From an uncultured Acidimicrobiaceae bacterium (lineage in GTDB: Bacteria > Actinomycetota > Acidimicrobiia > Acidimicrobiales > Bog-793): a DNA stretch of 64,000 nt. Positions 52,452-61,525 of the stretch are shown here, piece by piece. Location of the stretch: NCBI GenBank assembly GCA_963804765.1, contig CAWDRQ010000046.1:85580-149579 (forward strand), written 5' to 3'. The position numbers were made by a program, and so were the translations under genes. The notes under the pieces were generated by a model. That model had not been told where the DNA came from, searched no databases, and saw only the letters and a program-made list of their open reading frames with translations. The stretch's first letter is position 1. The number at the start of each line of letters is the position of its first letter.

Positions 52452-53396
52452 CTAGAACCTCACCGAGTTCGTTTGCCCCCACCTAGAGTGCGCGGCCGCG
52501 CGAGCGCGGGCTTCGAGCTCGGCGATGCGGCGGTCCCGGGCTCGGATCAGCTCCTCCTGCGCGCCGACAAAAGTCTCGAGTTCTGCCACGTGGGCGCTCC
52601 GCGCCTTCAGCTCCGCCTCGAGATGACGAACGTAGCCCTCGACACGATTGAGGTTCTCCGAAACGAAGTTGTCGAGCACGCTCGCCGGCGCGAGCAACGG
52701 CACGAGGCCCGGCTCTTCACAGCGTGCGTAGAACCGGTTGATCCCGTCGAACGAAGCGAAGAGATATCCGGCTGCCAACAGCTGCGGCTCCCAGCCCGAA
52801 TGCGACTGCTCGTGCGACCACGGATTGGTCGCCTCCACGACAATCACCCTCGGACGCCAGCGGGACCAGTCGTTTCCCAACAGCACGTCGCTCTCGCCGC
52901 CCTCCACGTCCACTTTGAGGAACGAGATCTCTCCGGAGCAGTGCTCGTCGAGCACGTCCGCGAGCGTTCGGAGCTGGACCGCTCGCTCTCGCACGGGGCG
53001 GCCGGCCCGGATGTAACCCTTGCCCACCTCCGGGTCCGTGCTCGACAGGCCGCGTTCATCACCCACGACATAGAGGGTCGCCTTGCCGGGGAGACTTCCG
53101 AGAGCCGCCTCGATCACGGCGTCGCGCGGCCGAGCACGGCGCAGTTCCGCTGCCTCCTCCGCCAGAGGCTCGACATCGATACCGCTCCAGCCGGCCTCGT
53201 AGAAGTGCCTCGTCACCGAGCCCAGATATGGAGAGGAAGCCCCGACGTCGACGTAAAGGGCGGCAACGCCGCCGGTGCAAAGGGCGCGGTGCAAGACGAC
53301 GTCCTCCGCGTTGGCTGCGTGCGACACTATCCGTTCGGGTTCGGAGCCCCCCGCACGGACCTTCCTTCGCGAGTCCTCAGGGCGGTCAGCGGCCAC
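52452..53396 (-). CDS. FkbM-family SAM-dependent methyltransferase with a C-terminal coiled-coil tail
   Basis: YVDVGASSPYLGSVT...GIDVEPL...SFLKVDVEGGESDVLLG...VIVVEA (FkbM pattern). The last ~60 aa are heptad-like (VEGYVRHLEAELKARSAHVAELETFVGAQEELIRARDRRIAELEARARA). I chose GTG at 53396; the ORF track extends to 53504. Confidence 0.75.
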   Translation of the reverse strand: MAADRPEDSRRKVRAGGSEPERIVSHAANAEDVVLHRALCTGGVAALYVDVGASSPYLGSVTRHFYEAGWSGIDVEPLAEEAAELRRARPRDAVIEAALGSLPGKATLYVVGDERGLSSTDPEVGKGYIRAGRPVRERAVQLRTLADVLDEHCSGEISFLKVDVEGGESDVLLGNDWSRWRPRVIVVEATNPWSHEQSHSGWEPQLLAAGYLFASFDGINRFYARCEEPGLVPLLAPASVLDNFVSENLNRVEGYVRHLEAELKARSAHVAELETFVGAQEELIRARDRRIAELEARARAAAHSRWGQTNSVRF

Positions 53397-53853
53397 GCCA
53401 GCCGATCGCCTTTCGAGCCAAGCGGCGCCCGAGACGCTCCAGCGCCGGTTGCCTTCCCACCTGCCGAACGATCGCGTCCACGACGCGGTAGGAGGTTCGC
53501 GCACGCATCGCGATCATCTCCTTCTCCGCCCACCGCACAGCCTTCGTGTGTTCGTCCACCTGGTGCTCCAGCTCGCGGGCATAAGCGATGCGGACTTCCA
53601 GATCTCGCTTGAGATACCCCAGCTCCGTCTCGAGGGTCTCCACTCGCTCGACCCACTCTCGAAGGCGTAGCTCCAGCTCCTGCACGAAGTCCTCCTCGAC
53701 ACTGCCCTCGTCCGAGACACGCGACCGGTCACGAGCCGCGTCTTCGGCCTCGGCGGCGCGCTGGAAGCTGAGCCAGGCCCCGTCCTCCGAGCCTTCGTCG
53801 AAAGCAAGGTCAGGGCCGGTGCTCGGCCTTCCGGGATCCGGGAGCTTCCTCAT
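53386..53853 (-). CDS. coiled-coil protein (no enzymatic motif)
   Basis: 155 aa with an acidic N-terminal third, then QELELRLREWVERVETLETELGYLKRDLEVRIAYARELEHQVDEHTKAVRWAEKEM. The ATG overlaps the upstream stop (ATGA at 53850-53853). Confidence 0.6.
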   Translation of the reverse strand: MRKLPDPGRPSTGPDLAFDEGSEDGAWLSFQRAAEAEDAARDRSRVSDEGSVEEDFVQELELRLREWVERVETLETELGYLKRDLEVRIAYARELEHQVDEHTKAVRWAEKEMIAMRARTSYRVVDAIVRQVGRQPALERLGRRLARKAIGWRGR

Positions 53854-55866
53854 ATGCCTGCCCTTTGTTCAGGTCGCGGCTCTTGGGCCATACGGCCCCC
53901 CACGACTTCTGCCAGGATAGAACCCCAGGTGACTCTCGACGCTTCGGAACGACGAAGTGCGTCGAGCGCCTCGATCTCGGCCCGCTGATCCTCCCAGGCC
54001 ACACGATCGGTGAGCAAGGAGACGAGCCCGCGGGCGAAATCCCTCGGATCGTCCGCGACCAACAACGCCGCGGTGCCCCGGAGATCAATGCCTTCGGCGC
54101 CGACGCTCGTGGCTACGGTCGGCACACCGTACTGGAGCGCCTCGACGGTCTTGATCTTGACGCCGGCCCCATACCTGAGCGGCACGATGCACGCCCGCGT
54201 CCGCCCGTAGAAGGCGGCCATGTTGCTCACCTGGCCTTCGAAGGAGATGCCACGACCTGCGATATCGAGAGCCACCTTCGGCGGTGCCGGGCCTGACACG
54301 TGTACGCGGATCCATGGAACTCTGGCCCGGACGATCGGCAGCACCTCACGTGCGAACCATACAAGTCCGTCGACGTTCGGCGATTCCGGCCCAGCCAGCC
54401 AGCCCGCCACCAGGAACACGTCCGAGCGGTCGGCGAACCCTGCCGGCGTCAGCTCCAGTTCGCTGCGCCATGGCTCGACCACGAGCGGCTCGCTTGCGCC
54501 GAGCGCGGCGAAGTGCTGCCGCTTCGTCGGCCGAAACGCAGACGATCGTGTCGACCGAACGCGCCATCTCGGCTTCGACCGTGCGGGCTTCATCAGCGGC
54601 GCTGAACAACGCCTCGCGAGCCGCGCCCTCGCTGGCGAGCTCGGCCTGGGCTTCCAGACGGCGATGGAACAGGGCCTCCGCGTCGTAGCACAGGTGTGCC
54701 TGGGGTTGCAGCTCGCGAACCATCGACCCATAGCGCTCGAAGTTGTGCGGACGCGAGATGATCACCACCTCGTAGCGTGCCGACCGCCGGGAGAGGTGCT
54801 CGTTGAGCGGCTCGGTGACGACGCCGACACCCAAGGCTCCGAGCACATCGGGGTCGTCGACGATTCCGATCGTCGGAAAGACCGAAACTCGATAGCCGGC
54901 CGCGGATATCTCCTGCACCACGTCGAACATCCGCGAATATCCAGAGCCGAGTCGCGAATCCGGCATCCGGTCGTCGATCACCAGCACCCGTGGCGGGGAC
55001 CCCATTGCGAGATGGATGGCCTCTTCGACGGAGTCACCGTCTATCGGCTCGGCGTGTGTAGGTCCCTCGAACACCTTCGGCCATCGCTCCAGCAGCTTCC
55101 TGCGATGCGTGAGGCAGAGGTATTCCTTGTATCGTTGGGTTGAGCTCCTCGACTCGAAATGGCGCACGACCGACCGCGGCTCGTAGAGCACAATGTTGCC
55201 GCGCTCGGCGATCCTGAGGCAGAAGTCGACGTCCTCGTAGTAGGCCGGGAAGTACCCCTCGTCGAGACCCCCCAGCTCGTTCCAAATGTCACGACGGACG
55301 AGGAAGTTCAGTGCGCTGCAGTACTCGACACGACGGCGAAATCGCAGCGAGACAGCGTCACCGGGCAGATCCCGACCTACGCCGTAACTCGAGCCGTCCT
55401 TCCAGATGATCGAGCCGGCTTCCTGCAATGTCCCGTCGGAGAGCAGGACTCGGCCACCCACCGCACCCACTCCCGGCGTTTCGGCTGCCTCGACGAGAGG
55501 TGCCAACCAGCCCGGCTCAGGCTCGGCGTCGTCGTTCAGCAGGACCAGATAGACACCACGGGCCTGGTGTGCCCCAAGGTTGCATCCGCCCGCGAAACCC
55601 CGGTTCACTCCGGAGCGGACGATGTTGACACCCCTCACCCCGAACGAGAGGTCGTCCGACACGCTTGGCTCGACTCCGTTCTCGACCACGATGACCTCGA
55701 AGGGCACGTCCTTGGTGTTCACGGCGAGCGCACGGAGACACCCCAGCAGGTCCGGTGCAGCACCCGTTGCCACGATGATCACCGAGACGATCGGGTCTAG
55801 CGACGGATTGAAATGCACCACTCCAGCCGATGTGGACTGCACAAGCTGCTCCTTCACGGCGAGCAC
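53850..55866 (-). pseudogene. bifunctional GT2 - GT4 glycosyltransferase, split by a net +1 frameshift near 54512-54525
   Basis: ORF 54346..55866 has an N-terminal GT2 domain (VSVIIVATG...VIVVENG...VNRGFAGGCNLG...LLNDDAEPEPGW), then the first Rossmann half of a GT4/GT1 domain (PRVLVIDDRMPDSRLGSGYSRMF...). It leaves frame at ..IVCVSADEAA. ORF 53850..54731 supplies HFAALGASEPLVVEPW...FLVAGW...GAGVKIKTVEALQYGVPTVAT. Combined length 2017 nt, which is 1 mod 3. Confidence 0.8.
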
Positions 55867-56030
55867 GCGACTCGCGTTGACTTAGCATTTGTTGTAGCAC
55901 AACTCCCCTTCTCAGCTGAACTCTTCCGCGCATCCAGACGAGTCGTGCGAACGGCCTGCGCCGTCGCACGCCGCCGGTGACACCCTTTTCGGGCGAGTGT
56001 GCGCACCCCGAGCGCTGTCGTGGGTCTGGA

Positions 56031-57890
56031 TCACTCGACGTGTCGGGCGAACGACTTGAGGAGGATCAGCCACACATGAAGGACGGCGGTTCCCTGGCGC
56101 ATCACGGCCGTGCGAAGAAGAACCGGTCGGTACGGTCCGAGGTATTGAAAAGCCATCTCGAACTGGGCGCCGGTGGTGCTGAGAAGAAGCAATTCGGCTG
56201 GACGCCTGCTCGCGAGCATCGCGGCGTCCGGGGCAGTGATCACCCCGGGATTGCTCGGAAGCGAATCGAAGCGGCCGTGGTAAATGCCGACCGTCTCGGT
56301 GAGCACCCCGCTCGGGTCATAGGGGAACCACATCAACAACTGCTCGCCTCGATAGGTGGCGTTGCCAACAAAGGACGGGAGATCGGCGCTGATCTGGTAC
56401 CAGTCGATCAGGAAGCTCGCGCTTCCACCGAGAGCCGTGGAATATGGGGCCGGCGGGTCGGCTGCATGGGCCATACCCGAGAGCGGCGGGTGCGTAGGGC
56501 TTGGAGCGACCGTGAGGACGAGCAAGGACCCTGCCACGGCGACGACGGTCGTCCCCACCGCGAAGCCGAAGCCGACTCGGAAGGCCGAGCGCTCTGCACT
56601 GCCGCGGTAACCAAACCGCAGGGCTCCGGTGAACACGACTGGCACCGCGGCCAGGACTGCCCCGGTCGGCAGCCACCCGAAGGCCGGAACGTGCGGGTAA
56701 GCCTCGTACGCGAGAGGGACGGCAAGAAGGAGGAGGGCGGGTAGCCAACGCGCCAGGCGGCGTGTCGACAACGACCGGCAGACCTCGGCAAGCGCAATGG
56801 CCAGAGTCAGGCAGATCACACCCCAAAGCGTCGAGGAGAAGTAGTACATCTCGAGGGACTCGACGTGGTAGCCGAACTGCAGGTAGGCGAAAACGACGAA
56901 CTGCGCGGCGCACACGAAACCGACGAACAGCTGGGGCGTCGGGATGGCACGCAGCTTGCGCGCGAATGTGGCTGCGAACAGGACGATGACCGAAGGGGGA
57001 ACCAACAGGTACGCCACATAGGGAGCCCAGCGCCAGTTGGAGGAGTGGAACAACCGTATCTGGGACGGCTGGTTCAAGTAGGCGGCCGCGGCGAAGGTCG
57101 GTCGGATGAAGTCGTACTGGCCGAAAATCAGGCCCGACGCGACCACGAGGACCAGCGTCACCAGGATGCTGACACCCGCCAGCACGGCGCCGTCTCGAAG
57201 CATGTGTCGGCGGTCTCGCAAGAGTCGCACGGCCGCGTATACCGCGATCGAGGTGCCTGCCAGCACGATACCCATGCCGTGGGACCAGATCGCCATCGTG
57301 AACAGCAGACCCGCGAGCACGAGGCAAACTGAGCGCCACCGGCCCCGACAAGGCATCGCAAGGCAAGCAACGGCGGCGACTATATAGGAGACGACCGCCG
57401 AGTCCGGGTAGTCGGTTCCCCACGCAGCGATGACGACGGGTGAGCTGAGCACGGCAACGATCGCGAGGACGCCGGCGGGGATTCCATACAGCTGCCTCAG
57501 CAAGCAGTATGCGGGCACAATGGCGATCAGAGCGAACAGGTAGCGAGTGGCGAAGAAACCCGGAACAGCGCCGAACGCGACATAGAAGAGGTGCGCGAGG
57601 ACGAGGAATCCTACTTGGGCGCCTTCGCGCAGTCGTGCCGTCGGTCCCAGAGCGGCGGAGTACCGCATGAACATCTCGCGCGGAGCAACGATGTAAATCG
57701 TGTGCATGCTGGGGTCCGGCAAGACGACGGGCGCCATGCCCCGGATCCTCAACACGAAGTAGGCGACTAGCGGTGAGAGCCCAACCGCCGCAGCCTCTGA
57801 GACCAGCCCCAATCCACGGTGACGGCGACGGTGACTTGGCGCGTGACCAACAAAGGTCCGGACGACGGGCGAGCTATCGGTCACGAGCAC
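56031..57890 (-). CDS. large polytopic membrane protein, candidate GT-C-fold glycosyltransferase
   Basis: 619 aa with at least 12 hydrophobic helices and a C-terminal ~150-aa soluble region. Divergent from the GT2 gene at 57961. No motif-level family assignment possible by eye. Confidence 0.55.
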   Translation of the reverse strand: MLVTDSSPVVRTFVGHAPSHRRRHRGLGLVSEAAAVGLSPLVAYFVLRIRGMAPVVLPDPSMHTIYIVAPREMFMRYSAALGPTARLREGAQVGFLVLAHLFYVAFGAVPGFFATRYLFALIAIVPAYCLLRQLYGIPAGVLAIVAVLSSPVVIAAWGTDYPDSAVVSYIVAAVACLAMPCRGRWRSVCLVLAGLLFTMAIWSHGMGIVLAGTSIAVYAAVRLLRDRRHMLRDGAVLAGVSILVTLVLVVASGLIFGQYDFIRPTFAAAAYLNQPSQIRLFHSSNWRWAPYVAYLLVPPSVIVLFAATFARKLRAIPTPQLFVGFVCAAQFVVFAYLQFGYHVESLEMYYFSSTLWGVICLTLAIALAEVCRSLSTRRLARWLPALLLLAVPLAYEAYPHVPAFGWLPTGAVLAAVPVVFTGALRFGYRGSAERSAFRVGFGFAVGTTVVAVAGSLLVLTVAPSPTHPPLSGMAHAADPPAPYSTALGGSASFLIDWYQISADLPSFVGNATYRGEQLLMWFPYDPSGVLTETVGIYHGRFDSLPSNPGVITAPDAAMLASRRPAELLLLSTTGAQFEMAFQYLGPYRPVLLRTAVMRQGTAVLHVWLILLKSFARHVE

Positions 57891-57960
57891 TGGACGACCC
57901 TACCAAGCGGCGCCAGTGCGGCGATGTCGAGGTTCGAGAGAGCGTGAGTACACTCGCAGC

Positions 57961-58728
57961 GTGCTCAACGGGAAAAAGGTCACGGTCGTACTTCCTGCCT
58001 ATAACGCCGGGGAGACGCTGAAACGGACCGTAGACGAGCTCGACCGTAGCGTCGTCGACGAGGTCTTGTTGGTGGATGACGCGAGCAGCGACGACACGAT
58101 CGAGCAGGCAGAGCACCTGGGCCTCATCTCGATTCGCCACGACAGGAACCTGGGCTACGGTGCGAATCAGAAGAGCTGCTACAAAGCCGCACTCGAGCTC
58201 GGCGCAGACATCGTCGTCATGCTCCATCCGGACTACCAGTACTCGCCGCTGCTCGTGCCTGCCTTGGCGGCGATGATCGCCTACGGGCAGTACGACTTCA
58301 TTCTCGGGTCGCGGATCCTGGCGCAGAACTCGATCGCCCGCGGGATGCCGGCCTACAAGTACGCGGCCAACAGGGCCCTGACACTCTGGGAGAACCTTGT
58401 GCTACATCAGAAGCTGTCGGAGTATCACACGGGCCTGCGGGCCTACAGCAGAAGCCTGCTGGAGGTCCTGCCGTTCGAGCGGAACTCAGACGACTTCGTC
58501 TTCGACAACCAGATCATCGTTCAAGCGGTCTTGTTCGGGGCGAAGATCGGCGAGCTTTCCTGTCCGACGCGCTATGCAGCGGACTCGTCTTCGATCAGCT
58601 TCGCTCGAAGCGTCCGCTACGGGCTGGGCGTGCTGCAGACCACCGCCCAGTACAGGTTGCACGTGAGCGGGGTCAAGCGCTACGGCTTCCTCGATTTCGC
58701 TCCCCGGGCAATGGCGGCTGCCGCCTGA
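57961..58728 (+). CDS. glycosyltransferase family 2 (dolichyl/polyprenyl-phosphate glycosyltransferase-like)
   Basis: KVTVVLPAYNAGETL...VLLVDDASSDDT...NLGYGANQK...VMLHPDYQY (DxD-type D-Y-Q). GTG at 57961 gives the usual short N terminus; the ORF track starts at GTG 57916. Confidence 0.8.
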   Translation: MLNGKKVTVVLPAYNAGETLKRTVDELDRSVVDEVLLVDDASSDDTIEQAEHLGLISIRHDRNLGYGANQKSCYKAALELGADIVVMLHPDYQYSPLLVPALAAMIAYGQYDFILGSRILAQNSIARGMPAYKYAANRALTLWENLVLHQKLSEYHTGLRAYSRSLLEVLPFERNSDDFVFDNQIIVQAVLFGAKIGELSCPTRYAADSSSISFARSVRYGLGVLQTTAQYRLHVSGVKRYGFLDFAPRAMAAAA

Positions 58729-58862
58729 TAACGGGTTGAGTGACTTGCCACCGCGACCTCTCCGGAGGTCAGCGGCCGCCTTGGCTTGCGACAGCGTGAC
58801 AGTCGAAACCGTTGACCATCCGTGATGGCGACGTTTTGTCCGAAGGTGTCGGCCCGCGTGAC

Positions 58863-59504
58863 CTAGCGCCGCTCTGCGCCCCACGCACGAAGAGCACCAG
58901 CTCGTTCATCGAGCTGTGTCAGGACGATCACCGTAAACCCCACGAAGAAGATCGCTTCCACGACACTGCCCAGCCGGTTCAGGAGGTAGGCCAATCCCAG
59001 GACCGGGTATGCAGCCAACGCCGCCCTGCCCAATTCCCGATAGATCCTGGCGTTACGGGTCTTCTCGTCGCGTGTCCGGCGCCAGGCATAGACGAGGGCA
59101 AGCGTGATGCCGCCGAACTCGAGGACGCCGGCAGCAATGTGCACGTACTGCTGGACGGGAAGCTGGAAACGCAACTCCCTGTTCCGGCAGACCGCGTTGA
59201 CCCCGTCGGAGCAGATCTCCGGGAAGAGTCCGCCGAGCGCTCCCGCGACGGAGAAGACCATCATGGCCGACCATTCCAGTCGCCCACCCCGGACGCTCGT
59301 CCGGCCTGCCGCCAAGAACGCCGCCGAAAGCAGCAGCCCGGAGAGAAGATCGGCGTGCTGCATCGCCGTGGCGAACGGTTGGCCGGTCACCTCCAGATCG
59401 CTGAAGAGCTCGTTGGGCGAGACCATGAGGCCGGGCCTCAGCGGGACGAGGACCCACCAGTTGTACGCGAGCAGCCCGGCGATCCCGGAGGTCCACGCCA
59501 CCAC
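58863..59504 (-). CDS. DUF998-like integral membrane protein
   Basis: VVAWTSGIAGLLAYNWWVLVP...ATAMQHADLLSG...VFSVAGALGGLFP...VHIAAGVLEF, about six TM segments. GTG at 59504. The 396-aa ORF extension overlaps the ABC gene. Confidence 0.5.
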   Translation of the reverse strand: MVAWTSGIAGLLAYNWWVLVPLRPGLMVSPNELFSDLEVTGQPFATAMQHADLLSGLLLSAAFLAAGRTSVRGGRLEWSAMMVFSVAGALGGLFPEICSDGVNAVCRNRELRFQLPVQQYVHIAAGVLEFGGITLALVYAWRRTRDEKTRNARIYRELGRAALAAYPVLGLAYLLNRLGSVVEAIFFVGFTVIVLTQLDERAGALRAWGAERR

Positions 59505-59566
59505 CGGGCCGATGGCTGAGCGGCCCGACGCGCCTGGAACGCGAGGCTTGCCCCGAGCGTGCCCGG

Positions 59567-61525
59567 TCAGACCGTCTCCACGAACGCCTCTGTGAACTGG
59601 CTCTCGTACAGCTCCGCGTAAAAGCCCTGCCTGTCGATGAGCTCGGCATGGCTGCCCTGCTCGACGATCCGACCGGCGTCCATCACGACGATCGTGTCCG
59701 CGTTGCGGATGGTCGAGAGCCGGTGAGCGATGACGAAGCTCGTACGCCCCTGTCGCAACCGGGCCATCGCTTTTTGGATGAGGACCTCTGTGCGCGTGTC
59801 GACGCTGCTCGTCGCCTCGTCGAGGATGAGGATCGTCGGGTTTGCGACAAACGCACGAGCGATCGTGATGAGCTGCTTCTGCCCGGCCGAGATATTGGAG
59901 GCATCCTCGTCGACGACGGTATCGTACCCCTCCGGCTGAGTACGAACGAAGTGGTCGACATGCGCCGCTTCCGCGGCGGCAATGATCTCCTCGCTCGTGG
60001 CACCTGCGCGCCCGTAGGCGATGTTGTCCCGGATCGTCCCGGTGAACAGCCACGTGTCCTGAAGAACCATGCCGAATGTCCGCCTCACGTCGTCACGGAC
60101 GAGGTCGCGCGCGTCCACGCCATCGAGCAGGACGCGCCCCGAGTCGATCTCGTAGAAACGCATGAGAAGGTTGACAATCGTAGTCTTGCCCGCACCGGTC
60201 GGGCCGACGATCGCGACGGTCTGACCAGGCGAGACCGACAGACTGAAGTCGGTGATCAGCGGCTGTTCGGGCTCGTACTGGAAGCTCACGTGCTCGAGAT
60301 CGACTCGTCCGTCCGGGTCGAGGAGCTCTGCCGGCTTCGGGCAGTCCGGTTCCTCTTCGTCGGCGTCCAGCAAGGCGAAGACCCGCTCGGCCGAGGCAAC
60401 CCCCGACTGCAAGAGGTTCATCTGGCTAGCCACCTGGGTGATCGGCATGGTGAACTGGCGGGAGTACTGGATGAAAGCCTGCACGTCGCCAAGTGAGAGC
60501 GCGCCCGACGCGACACGGTATCCACCGACGACCGCTATCACCACATAGTTCAAGTTGGCGAGGAACTGCATCGCGGGCTGGATGGCCCCTGAAAGGAACT
60601 GTGCGCGAAAGCTGGCCTCGTAAAGGGGCTCGTTCTGATCGTCGAACTCCTCTATGGACGCGCCGCTCCGCCCGAATATCTGCACGAGAGCGTGCCCGGT
60701 GTACATCTCCTCGACGTGACCGTTCAGCGCTCCAGTGCGCTCCCACTGGGCGGCGAACTGTATCTGGGAACGGCGCGCGACAAAGAACGTCACGACAATC
60801 GACAGCGGAATTGTTATGAGCGAGACGGCGGCCAGCAACGGGCTGATCCAGAACATCATCGCGACCACACCGAGAATCGTGAGCGCCGAGCTGAGCAGCT
60901 GGCTCAAGCCCTGCTGCAGGGTCGTGGTGACATTGTCGATGTCGTTGGTGACACGACTCAGGATGTCGCCATGGGAGTGCCGATCGAAGTACCGCAACGG
61001 GAGCCGGGCGAGCTTGGACTCCACGTCCTCGCGCATGCGGTACACGGTCCGCTGCGCGACCCCAGCCATCACGTAACCCTGAGCCCAGTTGAGCATGGCT
61101 CCGAAGACGTACACGAGCGCAGCGAGGCCGAGCAGCTTGCCGAGATGACCGAAATCGACTCCCGCGCCGGGTGTGATCGACATTCCCCTGATCATGTCAG
61201 CGAGCTGTCCTTCGCCCCGCGAGCGCAGGAGGGCCATCGCCTGCTCCTTGGACATCCCTGCGGGCAGGCGCTTTCCTATGACCCCGTTGAACAGGACGTC
61301 GGTCGCGTTGCCGAGGATCTTCGGACCGAAGACCGTGAAAGCCACGCTCGCAGAGGTCATCACTATCACGAAAGCAATGCGGATCCTCTCGGGCCGCAGT
61401 CGTCGCCCGAGACGCCGGACGGTCTTGCGGAAGTCCTTCGGCCGCTCCACCGGCATGGACATCCGGCCTGGTCCGCCGAAGCCTCGTCCCGGCCCGGGTC
61501 GCTGCCGCGCGCCAGGTGTGCTCAT
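59567..61525 (-). CDS. ABC exporter, fused permease/ATPase (half-transporter 2; consensus Walker B, deviant signature)
   Basis: Six-TM type-I exporter domain. Walker A GPTGAGKTT, signature NISAGQKQ (deviant from LSGGQ), Walker B ILILDEATSSVD. Confidence 0.9.
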   Translation of the reverse strand: MSTPGARQRPGPGRGFGGPGRMSMPVERPKDFRKTVRRLGRRLRPERIRIAFVIVMTSASVAFTVFGPKILGNATDVLFNGVIGKRLPAGMSKEQAMALLRSRGEGQLADMIRGMSITPGAGVDFGHLGKLLGLAALVYVFGAMLNWAQGYVMAGVAQRTVYRMREDVESKLARLPLRYFDRHSHGDILSRVTNDIDNVTTTLQQGLSQLLSSALTILGVVAMMFWISPLLAAVSLITIPLSIVVTFFVARRSQIQFAAQWERTGALNGHVEEMYTGHALVQIFGRSGASIEEFDDQNEPLYEASFRAQFLSGAIQPAMQFLANLNYVVIAVVGGYRVASGALSLGDVQAFIQYSRQFTMPITQVASQMNLLQSGVASAERVFALLDADEEEPDCPKPAELLDPDGRVDLEHVSFQYEPEQPLITDFSLSVSPGQTVAIVGPTGAGKTTIVNLLMRFYEIDSGRVLLDGVDARDLVRDDVRRTFGMVLQDTWLFTGTIRDNIAYGRAGATSEEIIAAAEAAHVDHFVRTQPEGYDTVVDEDASNISAGQKQLITIARAFVANPTILILDEATSSVDTRTEVLIQKAMARLRQGRTSFVIAHRLSTIRNADTIVVMDAGRIVEQGSHAELIDRQGFYAELYESQFTEAFVETV

